Shown: in pieces, positions 1 to 12,137 of the stretch
Layout of the letters: every line of letters begins with the position of its first letter
How positions within the stretch are numbered: position 1 is the first letter of the stretch
From: Macrostomum lignano
Lineage: Eukaryota
Reading direction: 5' to 3'
Length of the DNA stretch: 64,000 bases
Assembly (NCBI GenBank): GCA_002269645.1
Contig: NIVC01000508.1
Span: 62,001-126,000 of the forward strand
Position numbers and translations under genes: made by a program
Notes under the pieces: model-generated
Database searches by the model: none
Seen by the model: the letters and a program-made list of their open reading frames with translations, nothing else
Told to the model about the DNA's origin: nothing

Positions 1-1202
1 TTCCTAGAAACAGCCTCCTTATTTGTAGAAACAAAGCTCCATCGCGATTCCTAGATACGCATCGAATTATTGTTTTTTTGAAAAACGGTAATGTATACAA
101 CATGTATCTAGCGCATTCAGTCTGCCAGCCTGCTGAGAGTAGCGGTTTGACCCACAGTTTTACATATGTAGTTTGAATAATACATTACAATATCTAAGTT
201 CCTCATTCCTAGAAACAGCCCCCATCCTCATTCCTAGAAACAGTCCCCATCCTCATTCCTAGAAGCAGCCCCATCGTCATTCCTAGAAACAGCCCCATCC
301 TCATTCCTAGAAACAGCCCCATCCTCATTCCTAGAAACAGCCCCATCCTCATTCCTAGAAACAGCCTCCTTATTTGTAGAAACAAAGCTCCATCGCGATT
401 CCTAGATACGCATCGAATTATTGTTTTTTTGAAAAACGGTAATGTATACAACATGTATTTAGCGCATTCAGTCTGCCAGCCTGCTGAGAGTAGCGGTTTG
501 ACCCACAGTTTTACATATGTAGTTTGAATAATACATTACAATATCTAAGTTCCTCATTCCTAGAAACAGCCCCATCCTCATTCCTAGAAACAGCCCCCAT
601 CCTCATTCCTAGAAACAGTCCCCATCCTCATTCCTAGAAGCAGCCCCATCGTCATTCCTAGAAACAGCCCCATCCTCATTCCTAGAAACAGCCCCATCCT
701 CATTCCTAGAAACAGCCCCATCCTCATTCCTAGAAACAGCCTCCTTATTTGTAGAAACAAAGCTCCATCGCGATTCCTAGATACGCATCGAATTATTGTT
801 TTTTTGAAAAACGGTAATGTATACAACATGTATTTAGCGCATTCAGTCTGCCAGCCTGCTGAGAGTAGCGGTTTGACCCACAGTTTTACATATGTAGTTT
901 GAATAATACATTACAATATCTAAGTTCCTCATTCCTAGAAACAGCCCCATCCTCATTCCTAGAAACAGCCCCATCCTCATTCCTAGAAACAGCCCCATCC
1001 TCATTCCTAGAAACAGCCTCCTTATTTGTAGAAACAAAGCTCCATCGCGATTCCTAGATACGCATCGAATTATTGTTTTTTTGAAAAACGGTAATGTATA
1101 CAACATGTATTTAGCGCATTCAGTCTGCCAGCCTGCTGAGAGTAGCGGTTTGACCCACAGTTTTACATATGTAGTTTGAATAATACATTACAATATCTAA
1201 GT
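1..1202. repeat. Nested tandem repeat: ~200-bp unique core plus a variable number of 24-bp subunits (CCCCATCCTCATTCCTAGAAACAG), at least 4 higher-order units, runs off the left edge
   Basis: Core motif GTATACAACATG recurs at 93, 444, 819 and 1096 (spacings 351, 375, 277; the first two differ by exactly one 24-mer). The ORFs 209-454, 584-829 and 843-1106 are near-identical artefacts of this repeat. Confidence 0.95.
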
Positions 1203-1531
1203 TCATCTGTTAGTCCTGCAAAAAAACAGAATACCTTGAAACTAAGATCTTAAAAAACTGTCACAGGATGAGCCTCAAAGCTCAAGGCACAGGCAGTCAG
1301 TCGACGACGTACATGCGAGTATTTAGCGCTGTGGGCGCTCCAGACCTCGTAGTTGGGGTGCCTGCAGCAGTCGCTGCTGCACCAGCCGTGTGCAGTACAG
1401 TAACAACTCGGCGCGGATCAATTGGCCAACTAGCTGGAGTCGCAGACGGAGTCCAACACGTTTGGACGGACTGAGGGAAGTGATGAAAAGGGGGCGCCAT
1501 GCAGCTAGAGGGGCGCCAGCTACAGGGGGAG

Positions 1532-2512
1532 ACAGCTGGAGCGATTCTGAAGTCCACTGTTACACTGACGGCTCAATGAGGCATGGTCTTTCCGGCTTCG
1601 GAGCTTGCGTCTTCTTCAAGGGAGAAGTGGTGTGGAGCTACTCCCAGCACACTGGGCCCAACTCCAGTGTTTTTCAGAGCGAGGTGCTTCCCATCAGCTC
1701 CTGCGCGGCAGAGCTGCGCCGAAGGCAGCTCAGCGATCGAAAATTTATTTTTCACTCTGACAGCCAAGCAGGCCTTCGGGCCCTCTGCCGCTCCAGATCT
1801 GTCCTGGACTGCAACTGCAACGCCCAGCTCATCGGGCTTGCGCTAGGCAACCAGGTGGAGCTAAGATGGATCCCGGGCCGTGCTGGTTTCCTCGGCAACG
1901 AGCGGGCTGACCTGCTGGTTCCGCCGGCGCGCTGCTGGGGCCGGGTCCGGGGGCCCTCATCCCCGCCTCGATGATCAACTCCCGCGTTAAGCGCTGGACT
2001 GACTCCGAGCATCTCCGCAGGTGGCACGACACCCGGAATTGTAGGCAATCCCGTGCTGCCGTCCCCTGCCCCTCTCCTCTCCTGCGTAGAGCCCTCCTCA
2101 GGCTCAACCGCAGAGACCTCAGAGCAGTTAGCATGGTCGTCCTTCAGGGCCAGTACCCGAGGAGCGGTGCCCCTTCTGCCGCTCAGGCAGTGAAAACGCC
2201 GAGCACTATCTGCCACTGCCCGGTTTTCATCAGGGCCAGGCTCACTCACCTCGGGCCAAACCCGGTTCTCTCCGACGTTTGCAGGCCCGAGAGCATCCCG
2301 CTGCTCGCCCGGTACCTCAGGGACACGGGACGAGCTGAGTTCTTCCCTACCGCTGGTGAGGAGGACCGCGCTGCAGGCGAGACCGACGGGTCCCCCTGAG
2401 CGACATCGCTTCGATGGAAGTCATTGGTCGCCAGGGCTAGCGGAATGGGCGGTCTCCTCCGCCTTCTCGCTGCATCCGCCGGACGCCCCCTGCAGCTAAG
2501 TGAAGTAAGTCA
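1532..2512 (+). mobile_element. 5'-truncated, frameshifted non-LTR retrotransposon 3' end (RNase H + CCHC knuckle; I/Loa/R1-like group)
   Basis: ORF 1390-1974 has RNase H motifs YTDGS, SVFQSE, FHSDSQA, LRWIPGRAG..GNERAD. Downstream frames give W...CRQ, CPFC-x7-EHY and CHCP split by a frameshift near 2210. TAAGTGAAGTAAGT tail at ~2497-2510. AGCTACAGGGGGAG flanks both sides (1518-1531, 2513-2526). Confidence 0.88.
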
Positions 2513-3353
2513 AGCTACAGGGGGAGGCGCCAGCTACAGAGGAGGCGCCAGCTACAGAGGGGCGCCAGCTACAGGGGGCGCCAGCTACAGAGAAGGCGCC
2601 AGCTACAGAGGCGCCAGCTACAGAGGGGCGCCAGCTACAGGGGGGCGCCAGCTACAGAGAAGGCGCCAGCTACAGAGGCGCCAGCTACAGAGGGGGCGCC
2701 AGCTACAGGGGGGCGCCAGCTACAGAGAAGGCGCCAGCTACAGAGGCGCCAGCTACAGAGGGGGCGCCAGCTACAGGGGGGCGCCAGCTACAGAGAAGGC
2801 GCCAGCTACAGAGAAGGCGCCAGCTACAGAGAAGCGCCAGCTACAGGGGCGCCAGCTACAGGGGGGCGCCAGCTACAGAGAAGCGCCAGCTACAGGGGCG
2901 CCAGCTACAGGGGGGCGCCAGCTACAGGGGGGAGACGCCAGCTACAGAGGAGGCGCCAGCTACAGAGGGGCGCCAGCTACAGGGGGCGCCAGCTACAGAG
3001 AAGGCGCCAGCTACAGAGGCGCCAGCTACAGAGGGGCGCCAGCTACAGGGGGGCGCCAGCTACAGAGAAGGCGCCAGCTACAGAGGCGCCAGCTACAGAG
3101 GGGGCGCCAGCTACAGGGGGGCGCCAGCTACAGAGAAGGCGCCAGCTACAGAGGCGCCAGCTACAGAGGGGGCGCCAGCTACAGGGGGGCGCCAGCTACA
3201 GAGAAGGCGCCAGCTACAGAGAAGGCGCCAGCTACAGAGAAGCGCCAGCTACAGGGGCGCCAGCTACAGGGGGGCGCCAGCTACAGAGAAGCGCCAGCTA
3301 CAGGGGCGCCAGCTACAGGGGGGAGACGCCAGCTACAGAGGGGAGACGCCAGC
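2513..3353. repeat. Minisatellite GGCGCCAGCTACAG plus purine spacer, with an internal ~408-bp duplication
   Basis: Direct reading; marker CAGCTACAGAGGAGG at 2531 and 2939. ORF 2424-3395 is its artefact. Confidence 0.95.
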
Positions 3354-4076
3354 TTTAGTCGAGAGAACCTGCCACAAGCAAAGGCTTGGCTGTGAAATTT
3401 TCATCCTCGTAAATCTGCCACAAAAACTAGCTAGTCGCTGACCAATAGACCATGCGGGATTTTTCTGTTTGTCTGGGCAATAAAAACTTATGCATTGCGA
3501 GTAATAGGTGCGGTTGGATAAGTGCGTGCTGTAGTTTGGGTACGTCACTGGCTGGCCATGGCAAATAAAAGAGACATGCGCCTTCGAAGCGTACATTTAC
3601 AGACACTGCTAGATCCCTCTCTGTCTTGGCTGTGAATTGCCTTTTCTGTGAATTTCCTTTGTGAATTGTCTTTTCTGCAAATTGTTTTTTTTCTGTGTAT
3701 TGTCTTCTCTGTGAATTGTCTTTTCTATGAATCGCCTATTTTGTGAATTATTTAGAATTTTTGTTATCGGTGAATATTACTTCTTAACGCGATTATTATT
3801 GTTACACAAAAATGGTCTGCACTGCTATAGGTTATTAGTCCAGTCTGCTAAAAAAATGCGCTTTCACTAAAAGTTTCACTGGAAGACACAGTTGATTGAT
3901 GGCAGGGCTGCAGGTTCTGTGCCCCCTCGGCGTGCCTACGCCCAACTCCACTGTGGATTAAAGACATACTTTTTTCTCTTTCTTTCCGTGACCTTTTTCG
4001 GCTAGGGAAAATGTTATTCGCTAATAGAAGACAGCGAGCTAGGGCTGGTTCATTCGTACTGGAACTTTTGTTCAAA

Positions 4077-5785
4077 GAATCAGGGTGAGATTAGGATAGG
4101 ATCAGGGTGAGATTAGGATAGGATCAGGATGAGATTAGAATAGAATCAGGGTGAGATTAGGATAGAATCAGGATGAGATTAGAATAGAATCAGGATGAGA
4201 TTAGAATAGAATCAGGATGAGATTAGAATAGAATCAGGGTGAGATTAAAATAGAATCAGGGTGAGATTAGGATAGAATCAGGGTGAGATTAGGATAGAAT
4301 CAGGGTGAGATTTGGATAGAATCAGGATGAGATTAGGATAGAATCAGGGTGAGATTAGGATAGAATCAGGATGAGATTAGAATAGAATCAGGGTGAGATT
4401 AGGATAGAATCAGGGTGAGATTAGGATAGAATCAGGATGAGATTAGAATAGAATCAGGATGAGATTAGAATAGAATCAGGGTGAGATTAGAATAGAATCA
4501 GGATGAGACTAGGATAGAATCAGGATGAGATTAGGATAGAATCAGGGTGAGATTAGGATAGAATCAGGGTGAGATTAGGATAGAATCAGGATGAGACTAG
4601 GATAGAATCAGGGTGAGATTAGGATAGAATCAGGGTGAGATTAGGATAGAATCAGGGTGAGATTAGGATAGAATCAGGATGAGATTAGAATAGAATCAGG
4701 ATGAGATTAGGATAGAATCAGGATGAGATTAGAATAGAATCAGGATGAGATTAGGATAGAATCAGGGTGAGATTAGGATAGAATCAGGGTGAGATTAGAA
4801 TAGAATCAGGGTGAGATTAGAATAGAATCATGGTGAGATTAAAATAGAATCAGGGTGAGATTAGGATAGAATCAGGGTGCGATTAGGATAGAATCAGGGT
4901 GAGATTAGGATAGAATCAGGGTGAGATTAGGATAGAATCAGGGTGAGATTTGGATAGAATCAGGATGAGATTAGGATAGAATCAGGGTGAGATTAGGATA
5001 GAATCAGGATGAGATTAGAATAGAATCAGGGTGAGATTAGGATAGAATCAGGGTGAGATTAGGATAGAATCAGGATGAGATTAGAATAGAATCAGGATGA
5101 GATTAGAATAGAATCAGGGTGAGATTAGAATAGAATCAGGATGAGACTAGGATAGAATCAGGATGAGATTAGGATAGAATCAGGGTGAGATTAGGATAGA
5201 ATCAGGGTGAGATTAGGATAGAATCAGGATGAGACTAGGATAGAATCAGGGTGAGATTAGGATAGAATCAGGGTGAGATTAGGATAGAATCAGGGTGAGA
5301 TTAGGATAGAATCAGGATGAGATTAGAATAGAATCAGGATGAGATTAGGATAGAATCAGGATGAGATTAGAATAGAATCAGGATGAGATTAGGATAGAAT
5401 CAGGGTGAGATTAGGATAGAATCAGGGTGAGATTAGAATAGAATCATGGTGAGATTAGAATAGAATCAGGGTGAGATTAGAATAGAATCAGGGTGAGATT
5501 AAAATAGAATCAGGATGAGACTAGGATAGAATCAGGATGAGATTAGGATAGAATCAGGGTGAGACTAGGATAGAATCAGGGTGAGATTAGAATAGAATCA
5601 TGGTGAGATTGGAATAGAATCAGGGTGAGATTAGAATAGAATCAGGGTGAGATTAAAATAGAATCAGGATGAGACTAGGATAGAATCAGGGTGAGACTAG
5701 GATAGAATCAGGGTGAGATTAGGATAGAATCAGGGTGAGATTAGGATAGAATCAGGGTGAGATTGCGAGACAGAATCATGTGAGA
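4077..5785. repeat. 22-bp minisatellite GAATCAGGGTGAGATTAGGATA (~77 copies)
   Basis: Direct reading; rare variant TTTGGATAG recurs at a 638-bp spacing (29 units). Confidence 0.97.
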
Positions 5786-6249
5786 TTAGCAGAGGAATCT
5801 ACAGTTAAACAAATGGGCTGCAGTGTATGTTTGCACTCCTCTATAGCCTTTTTATTCCCATTCTACATATAGCTCTCATAGTGTACACGCAGACTCAACA
5901 CAATTGTCAAGTAAATTGGCAGCCCAGCTATACTCATAAATCTTCGCGTGTGCGGGTTAAACAGCAGCAATGCAGGCTATGCAGAGTCTGATACGGAAAA
6001 CGTGACTACAATGTAAAGAAGTTTCAGTCCTGGGCAACATATCGGTTTAGTTACCAATGGCAACAAGCTGAAGCTTTGGGACACTTTTTTGCACACGAGT
6101 GGGTTTGAGAACTGTTTCGAAATGCAGTTAATTTATAGTAATCTTAGAGTAAGATTCGTGTCTAAGAATTTCTTACTATACTGGTACTATCTTAATACGT
6201 TTTTGTTTAAATACATCCGCAAATCGTGTTATGAAATTCATTCACAGCA

Positions 6250-6410
6250 GGGTTTCCCGCCTGCTGAAAGCGCCGACGCCATCAGGATGACGACCGAATG
6301 CTTAAGAGACTCGTTGATGATGTCCGGCACTTGAGGTTTGCCCAACTGTTTAAAGACTTGGTCAGCGACGTTTCAAAGTCGCAACCAGGGTGTCCATAGT
6401 ATAGTCACTT
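6250..6410. repeat. Diverged copy of an interspersed repeat family also present at 7685-7790 (inverted) and 13350-13600 (two tandem copies)
   Basis: GCCGACGCCATCAGGATGACGACCGAATGC...GTCCGGCACTTGAGGTTTGCCC aligns by eye with 13365-13440 and 13520-13590. Confidence 0.7.
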
Positions 6411-6886
6411 ACGTACGGACTATGTACGGAACAGCTAGTTCTTCAGGCAGTAATTCATTATGGTGTTGCACTTTATTCAAGCATATCAATCCCGTGACTG
6501 GTGTGCTGTGTACTTAACTCCGAGTCATAGCCAAATACAAGTACGCAAATACACGCTAGTAAACACTATATATTTTGGCATATAGTGTGGGTAGCACCTG
6601 GCAATCCCTGGCATCCATGCTATATTTAATTCGCATGCAGTGAAAGATCCCCAGTGGGGAAATTTCTGTGTGTTGCGCGCGCGTTATCTTGCTTATAGGG
6701 AATTATAAAGTGGACCAATCATAATTTCCTAGAGAAAGGGGATTTTTCCGCGTAGAAGCAGCCAGCAGTTTAGCCAATGGCTCTCAGCCTTAGACTTTCT
6801 ACCTGAAGGCTAAACCCTAATCCAGGTTAAAGAGAGCTACAAACGTGCACAGGCAGTTTACAAGTGCCCGACACCGAGCTCGAACA

Positions 6887-9800
6887 ATGTCAGCAAAGGT
6901 AGCCGCTCACGGCAGACGAACTCTCAGCCCCATGGCCTGCAACGCCAACCCATCAGCAGTGAAGCCGACTCCAACCAGCGAAACAGCAACCGGAAGCCGC
7001 GGTCACCTGCAGCGTCTGCTGCTGGACTGCATGCGCAAGAGCACCGTCCGAGGCCTGCCGCGCATTCTCAACTCTCGCTCCGCCTGCCTTCGAGCCCTCT
7101 GGACAATGGCCGTACTGGTGTTCTTCGGCTTCCTGCTCTATAACATTGTGAGCTTGAGCATCGTCTATCGGCGAGGCGACGTTGTCATGATGTGGACGCC
7201 GTGGACTCCGCGACCGCCGTTTCCCAGCGTCACCGTGTGCGACGCCAGCCCAGCAACACGACAGGCGCTTCAGCTGCTGCCGCTGACGCCGAGAGACTAT
7301 GCTCAACGGATTCGGGAATTGGCGGCCAACCAGTCTGATGACAACCTGACGGCCTATCTAGAGGAGCTGCTCACTCCCATGGCCTATCACGATCAGCTGG
7401 ACGCGGATGTGCTACGCGCTGCAGCAGCCCAGGATCCTCTGATTCTAACCGAGAGCTGTCGGGTCCATTACGTCTCAGCTGATGGCATCAAGCGGTCGCG
7501 ACCCTGCGGTCGGGTGCGAAAAATACAGGTTTGAATGCGCGTACGTACGAGCAGAGAAGGCTCCCGATCGAGGGATCCCATCTTGGGTCGGAATTTTGCT
7601 TTGGGCTCCATTATATAACACTAGTTTAGATCCCCGTTTAGAGTGATCACATGACCTTTACGAGCTAGATACACATACGCACTCAAGCATTCCGTCATCA
7701 CCCCGACGTCGTCGGCACCTTCACCAGGTGGGATCAGGTGACTATGGACACGCTGTTGCGAAGTTCCACTGTCGAGGCTTGATCATTGAAACTAGAGAAA
7801 TTCGTATCAGAGTGTCCATAGTCAACAAAGTCAGAACTGATGCAAGCACATGTGGTCGACGGGCTGATGAAATTTGGAGGCTTAGCAAAGCTGCACTGAA
7901 ATCCGACCTTCTGACAGAATCGTCGAATGTCTCGACGGTCCGGAAGGCTGGCGACTTGATTCTGAAAAGGTGCTCAACAAAAAGTTAGCCTGTGTTCTTG
8001 AATTTCGTGTTCCGGAGCGGTATTCCTACTGTTAATTAAGGTCACAGTGCCGACTAGCTCGTCCTCGGCAAAATCCCTTCTGGGGTGGGTTGGCAACTTA
8101 ACAACGGCTGCCAGCGGATTGGCTTTTTCCCGTCCGTGCCTCCTGAGCACGTGTCCGCGAGGAGTCTGTGTCTTCGCTGTCTGGGGATGTCACTTAGCGG
8201 TGGGATGCCGGTTTTTGCCATCAGAGCGCCGCTCGACAGAAGCGAGAATAGCAGTAGAGCTCTGTAGGTCGCATTCAAGTCTTCATCCCGGCTTGTAGTG
8301 ATGGGCACAGCCTCTGAGGCCGTATGAGGAGGATGAGCTGGTCGTCCATCGATGTGGTGAAGACATGTGGATGGACGGTTCCATCCGCAATCCAATAACT
8401 GATTAACTAGCGTACTCAAGTTTTCTGCATTACAATTTACAAACCCTAAGGTTCCCGGCTTTTTCTCCTGTTCAACAATCGACGTCTCAGGCGAGGGCGA
8501 AGCGTACCGCCTGGTGCTGCACATCCTGCTGGACTCGGACACTGACAGCCTGCGCTGCAATCGCTGCATCATGGACTACGCGGAGAGTCTGAAAATTGGC
8601 GCAATTGTCTACCTGCACGAGCGCGAAGTCTACCCAGTTGACATTGGCAACGGCCTGCGCCTGTCGCCTGGTACGCAGAGCTTCGTTCATGTGAAGGTCA
8701 AGCAGACAGTCTACCAGCGCGACTGTCTCGCTGCGACACCGGAACTGCTCGATCTGTATATTTCTGGCCGGCAATGGCGAGTGAAGTACACTACGGATCT
8801 TTGCACCTACCTGGGCAGGCATGACACATATAAGGTACGCGGAATTGTAAAAAATTTATTCTGCGACGCAAAGTGAACGTCGCTCTCTATAGGAATCAGT
8901 CATGCTTTGCTATCGCTATAAAATCAAATGTTAAATTACTTTCAACAGAATAGATTTAGCGACTAGAAAACTTGAAATTACCTGGACAAACAGCTAAATG
9001 CTTCACTGTATGTAAAGCCTACGCGCCGACCTATATTTATGGTTGTTGTTTACGGTGTCCGACTGAATATAAACTGTACAGTTTGTACTATCTACACATT
9101 AAAACATTAATCAAGCGTGGATACAACACACACAACTGTGTACGAGGTAGGGCTCTCTTTTAAGGAGAGAAATTTCCTCTTAGAAACGTACTTTTATACA
9201 CGAATAGACGCTGGAATGAGATCCATGAAGTTATTTTTTGGACTGAGGTGACTATTGAGGAGTTGTTCGCTCTTCAATCAAGTTTGGATCATTTTTGTTT
9301 AATCACAACGGAGTTCGCATCAATGAGTGTGATATTCTATGGAACTGGATTGAATTGCGGCTGTCTGAGTTTGCCTCCCACAGGAGGTGTGCAACTGCTC
9401 CATGAGCTGCCTGCCCCACTCCCAGCCTGACGAGCACACGGACGATGCTGCCTACCCGCCGTGCCTGAAGCAGAACTTGACGCCCTCGTCCAACAGATTG
9501 GACCTGACGCATCTCACCTGCCTGATGCAGCTGGACGGGAAGCTGCTACCAAAGCGCGAGTCAAGCAAGCCTCGCTGCGACCCGCTGTGCACTCAGGTCG
9601 GCTTCACGGTGGCTCGCAGCGAGGCCAAGGGAATTGACGCCAATTCTGCGTTGGACTTCTTTCAGCGTTACGTGTTTAACACGTCGGCGCATCGGCTTAT
9701 GCAAGTGAGTGTGGCAGCTTTTGTTAGTTAGCTGATATTAAACAGAAATAATTATATATGATTTCTCATGGTTATCTATATATTTTTTATTCAGTATGGT

Positions 9801-11658
9801 TACGTCATCTCTAATTTATGCAGTGGCATCAAGTGATTCTATTCTGTTAGTAAATTCTACAGAAAAGGCCTTTTATCTACGGCTTTAGAAAAAACATAAC
9901 TAATCTGTTATTAACAGTAGTATATAATGGGCGTTAAACCAGGAAAATTTACGAGGGGTGTCCCAGAAGTAGTGTCACTTTTGCTTGCTTCCACAAGTAT
10001 TAATGTGTGATGTGGGATGCTTGCTATCTGGGGGATGCTTGCTATCTGGGGGATGCTTGCTATCTGGGGGATGTTTGCTATTTAGGGATGCTTGCTATCT
10101 GGGGGATGTTTGCTATTTAGGGATGCTTGCTATCTGGGGGATGCTTGCAATCTGGGGGATGCTTGCTATCTGGGGGATGCTTGCTATCTGGGGGATGCTT
10201 TGCTATTTGGGGGATGCTTGCTATCTGGGGGATGCTTGCTATCTGGGGGATGCTTTGCTATCTGGGTGTATGCTTGCTATCTGGGTGTATGCTTGCTATC
10301 TGGGGGGATGCATGCTATCTGGGGGATGCTTTGCTATTTGGGGGATGCTTGCTATCTGGGGGATGCTTGCTATCTGGGGGATGTTTGCTATCTGGGGGAT
10401 GCTTGCTATCTGGGGGATGCTTGCTGTCTGGGGGATGTTTGCTATTTAGGGATGCTTGCTATCTGGGGGATGCTTGCTATCTGGGGGATGTTTGCTATTT
10501 AGGGATGCTTGCTATCTGGGGGATGCTTGCTGTCTGGGGGATGCTTGCTATCTGGGGGATGCTTGCTATCTGCAGGATGCTTGCTATCTGCAGGATGCTT
10601 GCTATCTGGGTGTATGCCATAGACGCAGAAATTCTGTAATCACGGGAGGGAGTCGGGGTGAGCTTGCGGCAGCAGCGCTGCCACTGGGAAATGAATGGTT
10701 AAAACCTCTATTTGACTGCAGTTTTAGGCGCTTATAACCGTTCCCGACGGATAGGCCGAAAACAGCCATAGACAGTTTTCAAATTTACGATCATAAATGT
10801 TGCTGCTACCACCGTTCCCGCCTAGATAAAGGAATGAAATTCTATTGATTATAAATATGGTTATATATAGCAGTCAGTAGTCCTTATACATAATATTTAT
10901 ATGGCCGTTTTCGGCCTCTAGTCGTCGGGAACGGCTGTGGTAAAAAATCCAACAAATCTGGCCCATAGAGATTGATTTTATGCCGTCTAGCTTGGAGGTA
11001 GACAGAATGGACGAAAACGGCCATCCGTCTGCCTATGGTTAAGGCATTTGATTTTTTTATCACACATTAATACTTGTGGAAGCAAGCAAAAGTGACACTA
11101 CTTCTGGGACACCCCTCGTATTTGGAAATCGAGTCTTTAGGGGAGCGACAGCTTAATTTAGGAGGCACAATTTCATTTAAGAAAGGTGCTTTAGCACCAG
11201 GGGCGCCAGCACCAGGGGCGCCAGCACCAGGGGCGCTATACTTTTGATGTTTTTAATACGTGTCAGTTTTTTACATCAAGAAGTACCAAAGCTACTAAAA
11301 GGGGCATCATATCTTACGTGTTCTGTTTCCCTCGCAGGACCGTCTAGAGGTGTACGCCACCGCGCTGCAGCTGCGTTCCGCCGGTCGCGACGCCGAGGCG
11401 GTGAAAGTCCTAGCCAACGCCAGCTACCTGGAAGACAATCTCATCAGTGTAGTGTTCCAGTTCAACAGCAACCAGGCCAAGAAGGTCACGGAGAACTACA
11501 TCCTTGGCCTATCGGCTTTTATCAGCCAGATTGGCGGCCTGTTGTCCCTGTTCAGTGGCATCACTGTGATCTGCATCGCCGAGCTGGCCGAGCTAATCTG
11601 GCTGGTGCTACGGCACCTGGCCTGTCCAGAGCCTGCCGATGCCGCTGATGCTTCTTGA
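6887..11658 (+). CDS. DEG/ENaC (amiloride-sensitive sodium channel family) subunit, ~555 aa; join(6887..7528,8451..8834,9384..9704,11338..11658)
   Basis: Pre-TM1 STVRGLPRI, TM1 ...RALWTMAVLVFFGFLLY, FPSVTVCDASP, GAIVYLH..YP..GLRLSPG, YTTDLC, cysteine-rich thumb, and TM2 FISQIGGLLSLFSGITVICIAE. All three introns are GT-AG and phase 0 (CAG/gtttga, taag/GTT, AAG/gtacgc, cacag/GAG, CAA/gtgagt, cgcag/GAC). The start could alternatively be ATG 6932. Confidence 0.93.
7685..8030. repeat. Composite interspersed repeat in DEG/ENaC intron 1; 7685-7790 is an inverted match to 13350-13530, 7860-8015 is a direct match to 13600-13812
   Basis: GCTGATGAAATTTGGAG...AATCCGACCTTCTG..AGAATCGTCGAAT..CTCGACGGTCCGGA..GCTGGCGACTTGATTCT...CAACAAAAAGTTAGCC..TGTTCTTGAATTTCGTG is shared; the 13.6-kb copy has a ~57-bp extra insert. 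Confidence 0.85.
10012..10615. repeat. 18-bp minisatellite GGGGATGCTTGCTATCTG inside the mariner MITE
   Basis: Direct reading; source of the spurious ORFs 9985-10737. Confidence 0.95.
10738..11038. mobile_element. Small inverted-repeat element nested in the mariner MITE, possibly piggyBac-like
   Basis: CCGTTCCCGACGGATAGGCCGAAAACAGCCATA (10738-10770) is an imperfect inverted match to 10906-10936. The right end is GG|TTAA (11037-11042) and the left flank is ATAA|CC. TIR/TSD are degenerate. Confidence 0.45.
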
Positions 11659-12091
11659 GTTTCGGATGAAGCGATATACGCATCAAGCAATAATTTTTAT
11701 CTAAACTATTTCATCCATCGAAATAAATAGTTTAGTTTATCGAAACTAATTTTTCTATCGATGTTTTATTTTTTTAAAATTTTTGTTAAATCAAATCGCT
11801 AAATCATCGTAGGTTTCAGTTCTTAATTTTAACAAGTCCCGTGACGTTATATTTGCGTCCCTAAATCTCTATAATCCCGTCTTGGTAACGGAATGCTGTA
11901 AAGATTAACATACATAATTACGAGTATCTTAAAATATGCATACTCACAGTCAAAAAGAAGTGATTGCTTTTTGTTATTTTGCTGTTTACAATATCAGAAA
12001 GTCATATTGAGTTCTAGCAGGCTCCGGTAGCATCGTGGGAGTTTCTGTGAATATCTTTTTTTATCATGGCGGGCGTACAAGTTCTTCTGAC

Positions 12092-12093
12092 CC

Positions 12094-12137
<44 letters not shown>

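Larger units (their letters stand above)
9952..11118. mobile_element. Non-autonomous Tc1/mariner element (MITE-like) with 60-bp perfect TIRs and TA TSD, in DEG/ENaC intron 3
   Basis: TA|CGAGGGGTGTCCCAGAAGTAGTGTCACTTTTGCTTGCTTCCACAAGTATTAATGTGTGAT (9950-10011) is the exact reverse complement of 11059-11120. A TACGAGGG start is typical of mariner TIRs. Confidence 0.92.

Noticed and set aside
1268-1557. Short ORFs 1268-1474 (+) and 1297-1557 (-)
   Set aside because: No recognisable motif and no consistent splice partner within the window.
7864-7910. Possible hammerhead ribozyme core (CTGATGA...GAAA), also at ~13603
   Set aside because: No convincing stem II or stem I/III pairing by eye, and the second copy has the GAAA displaced by an insertion.
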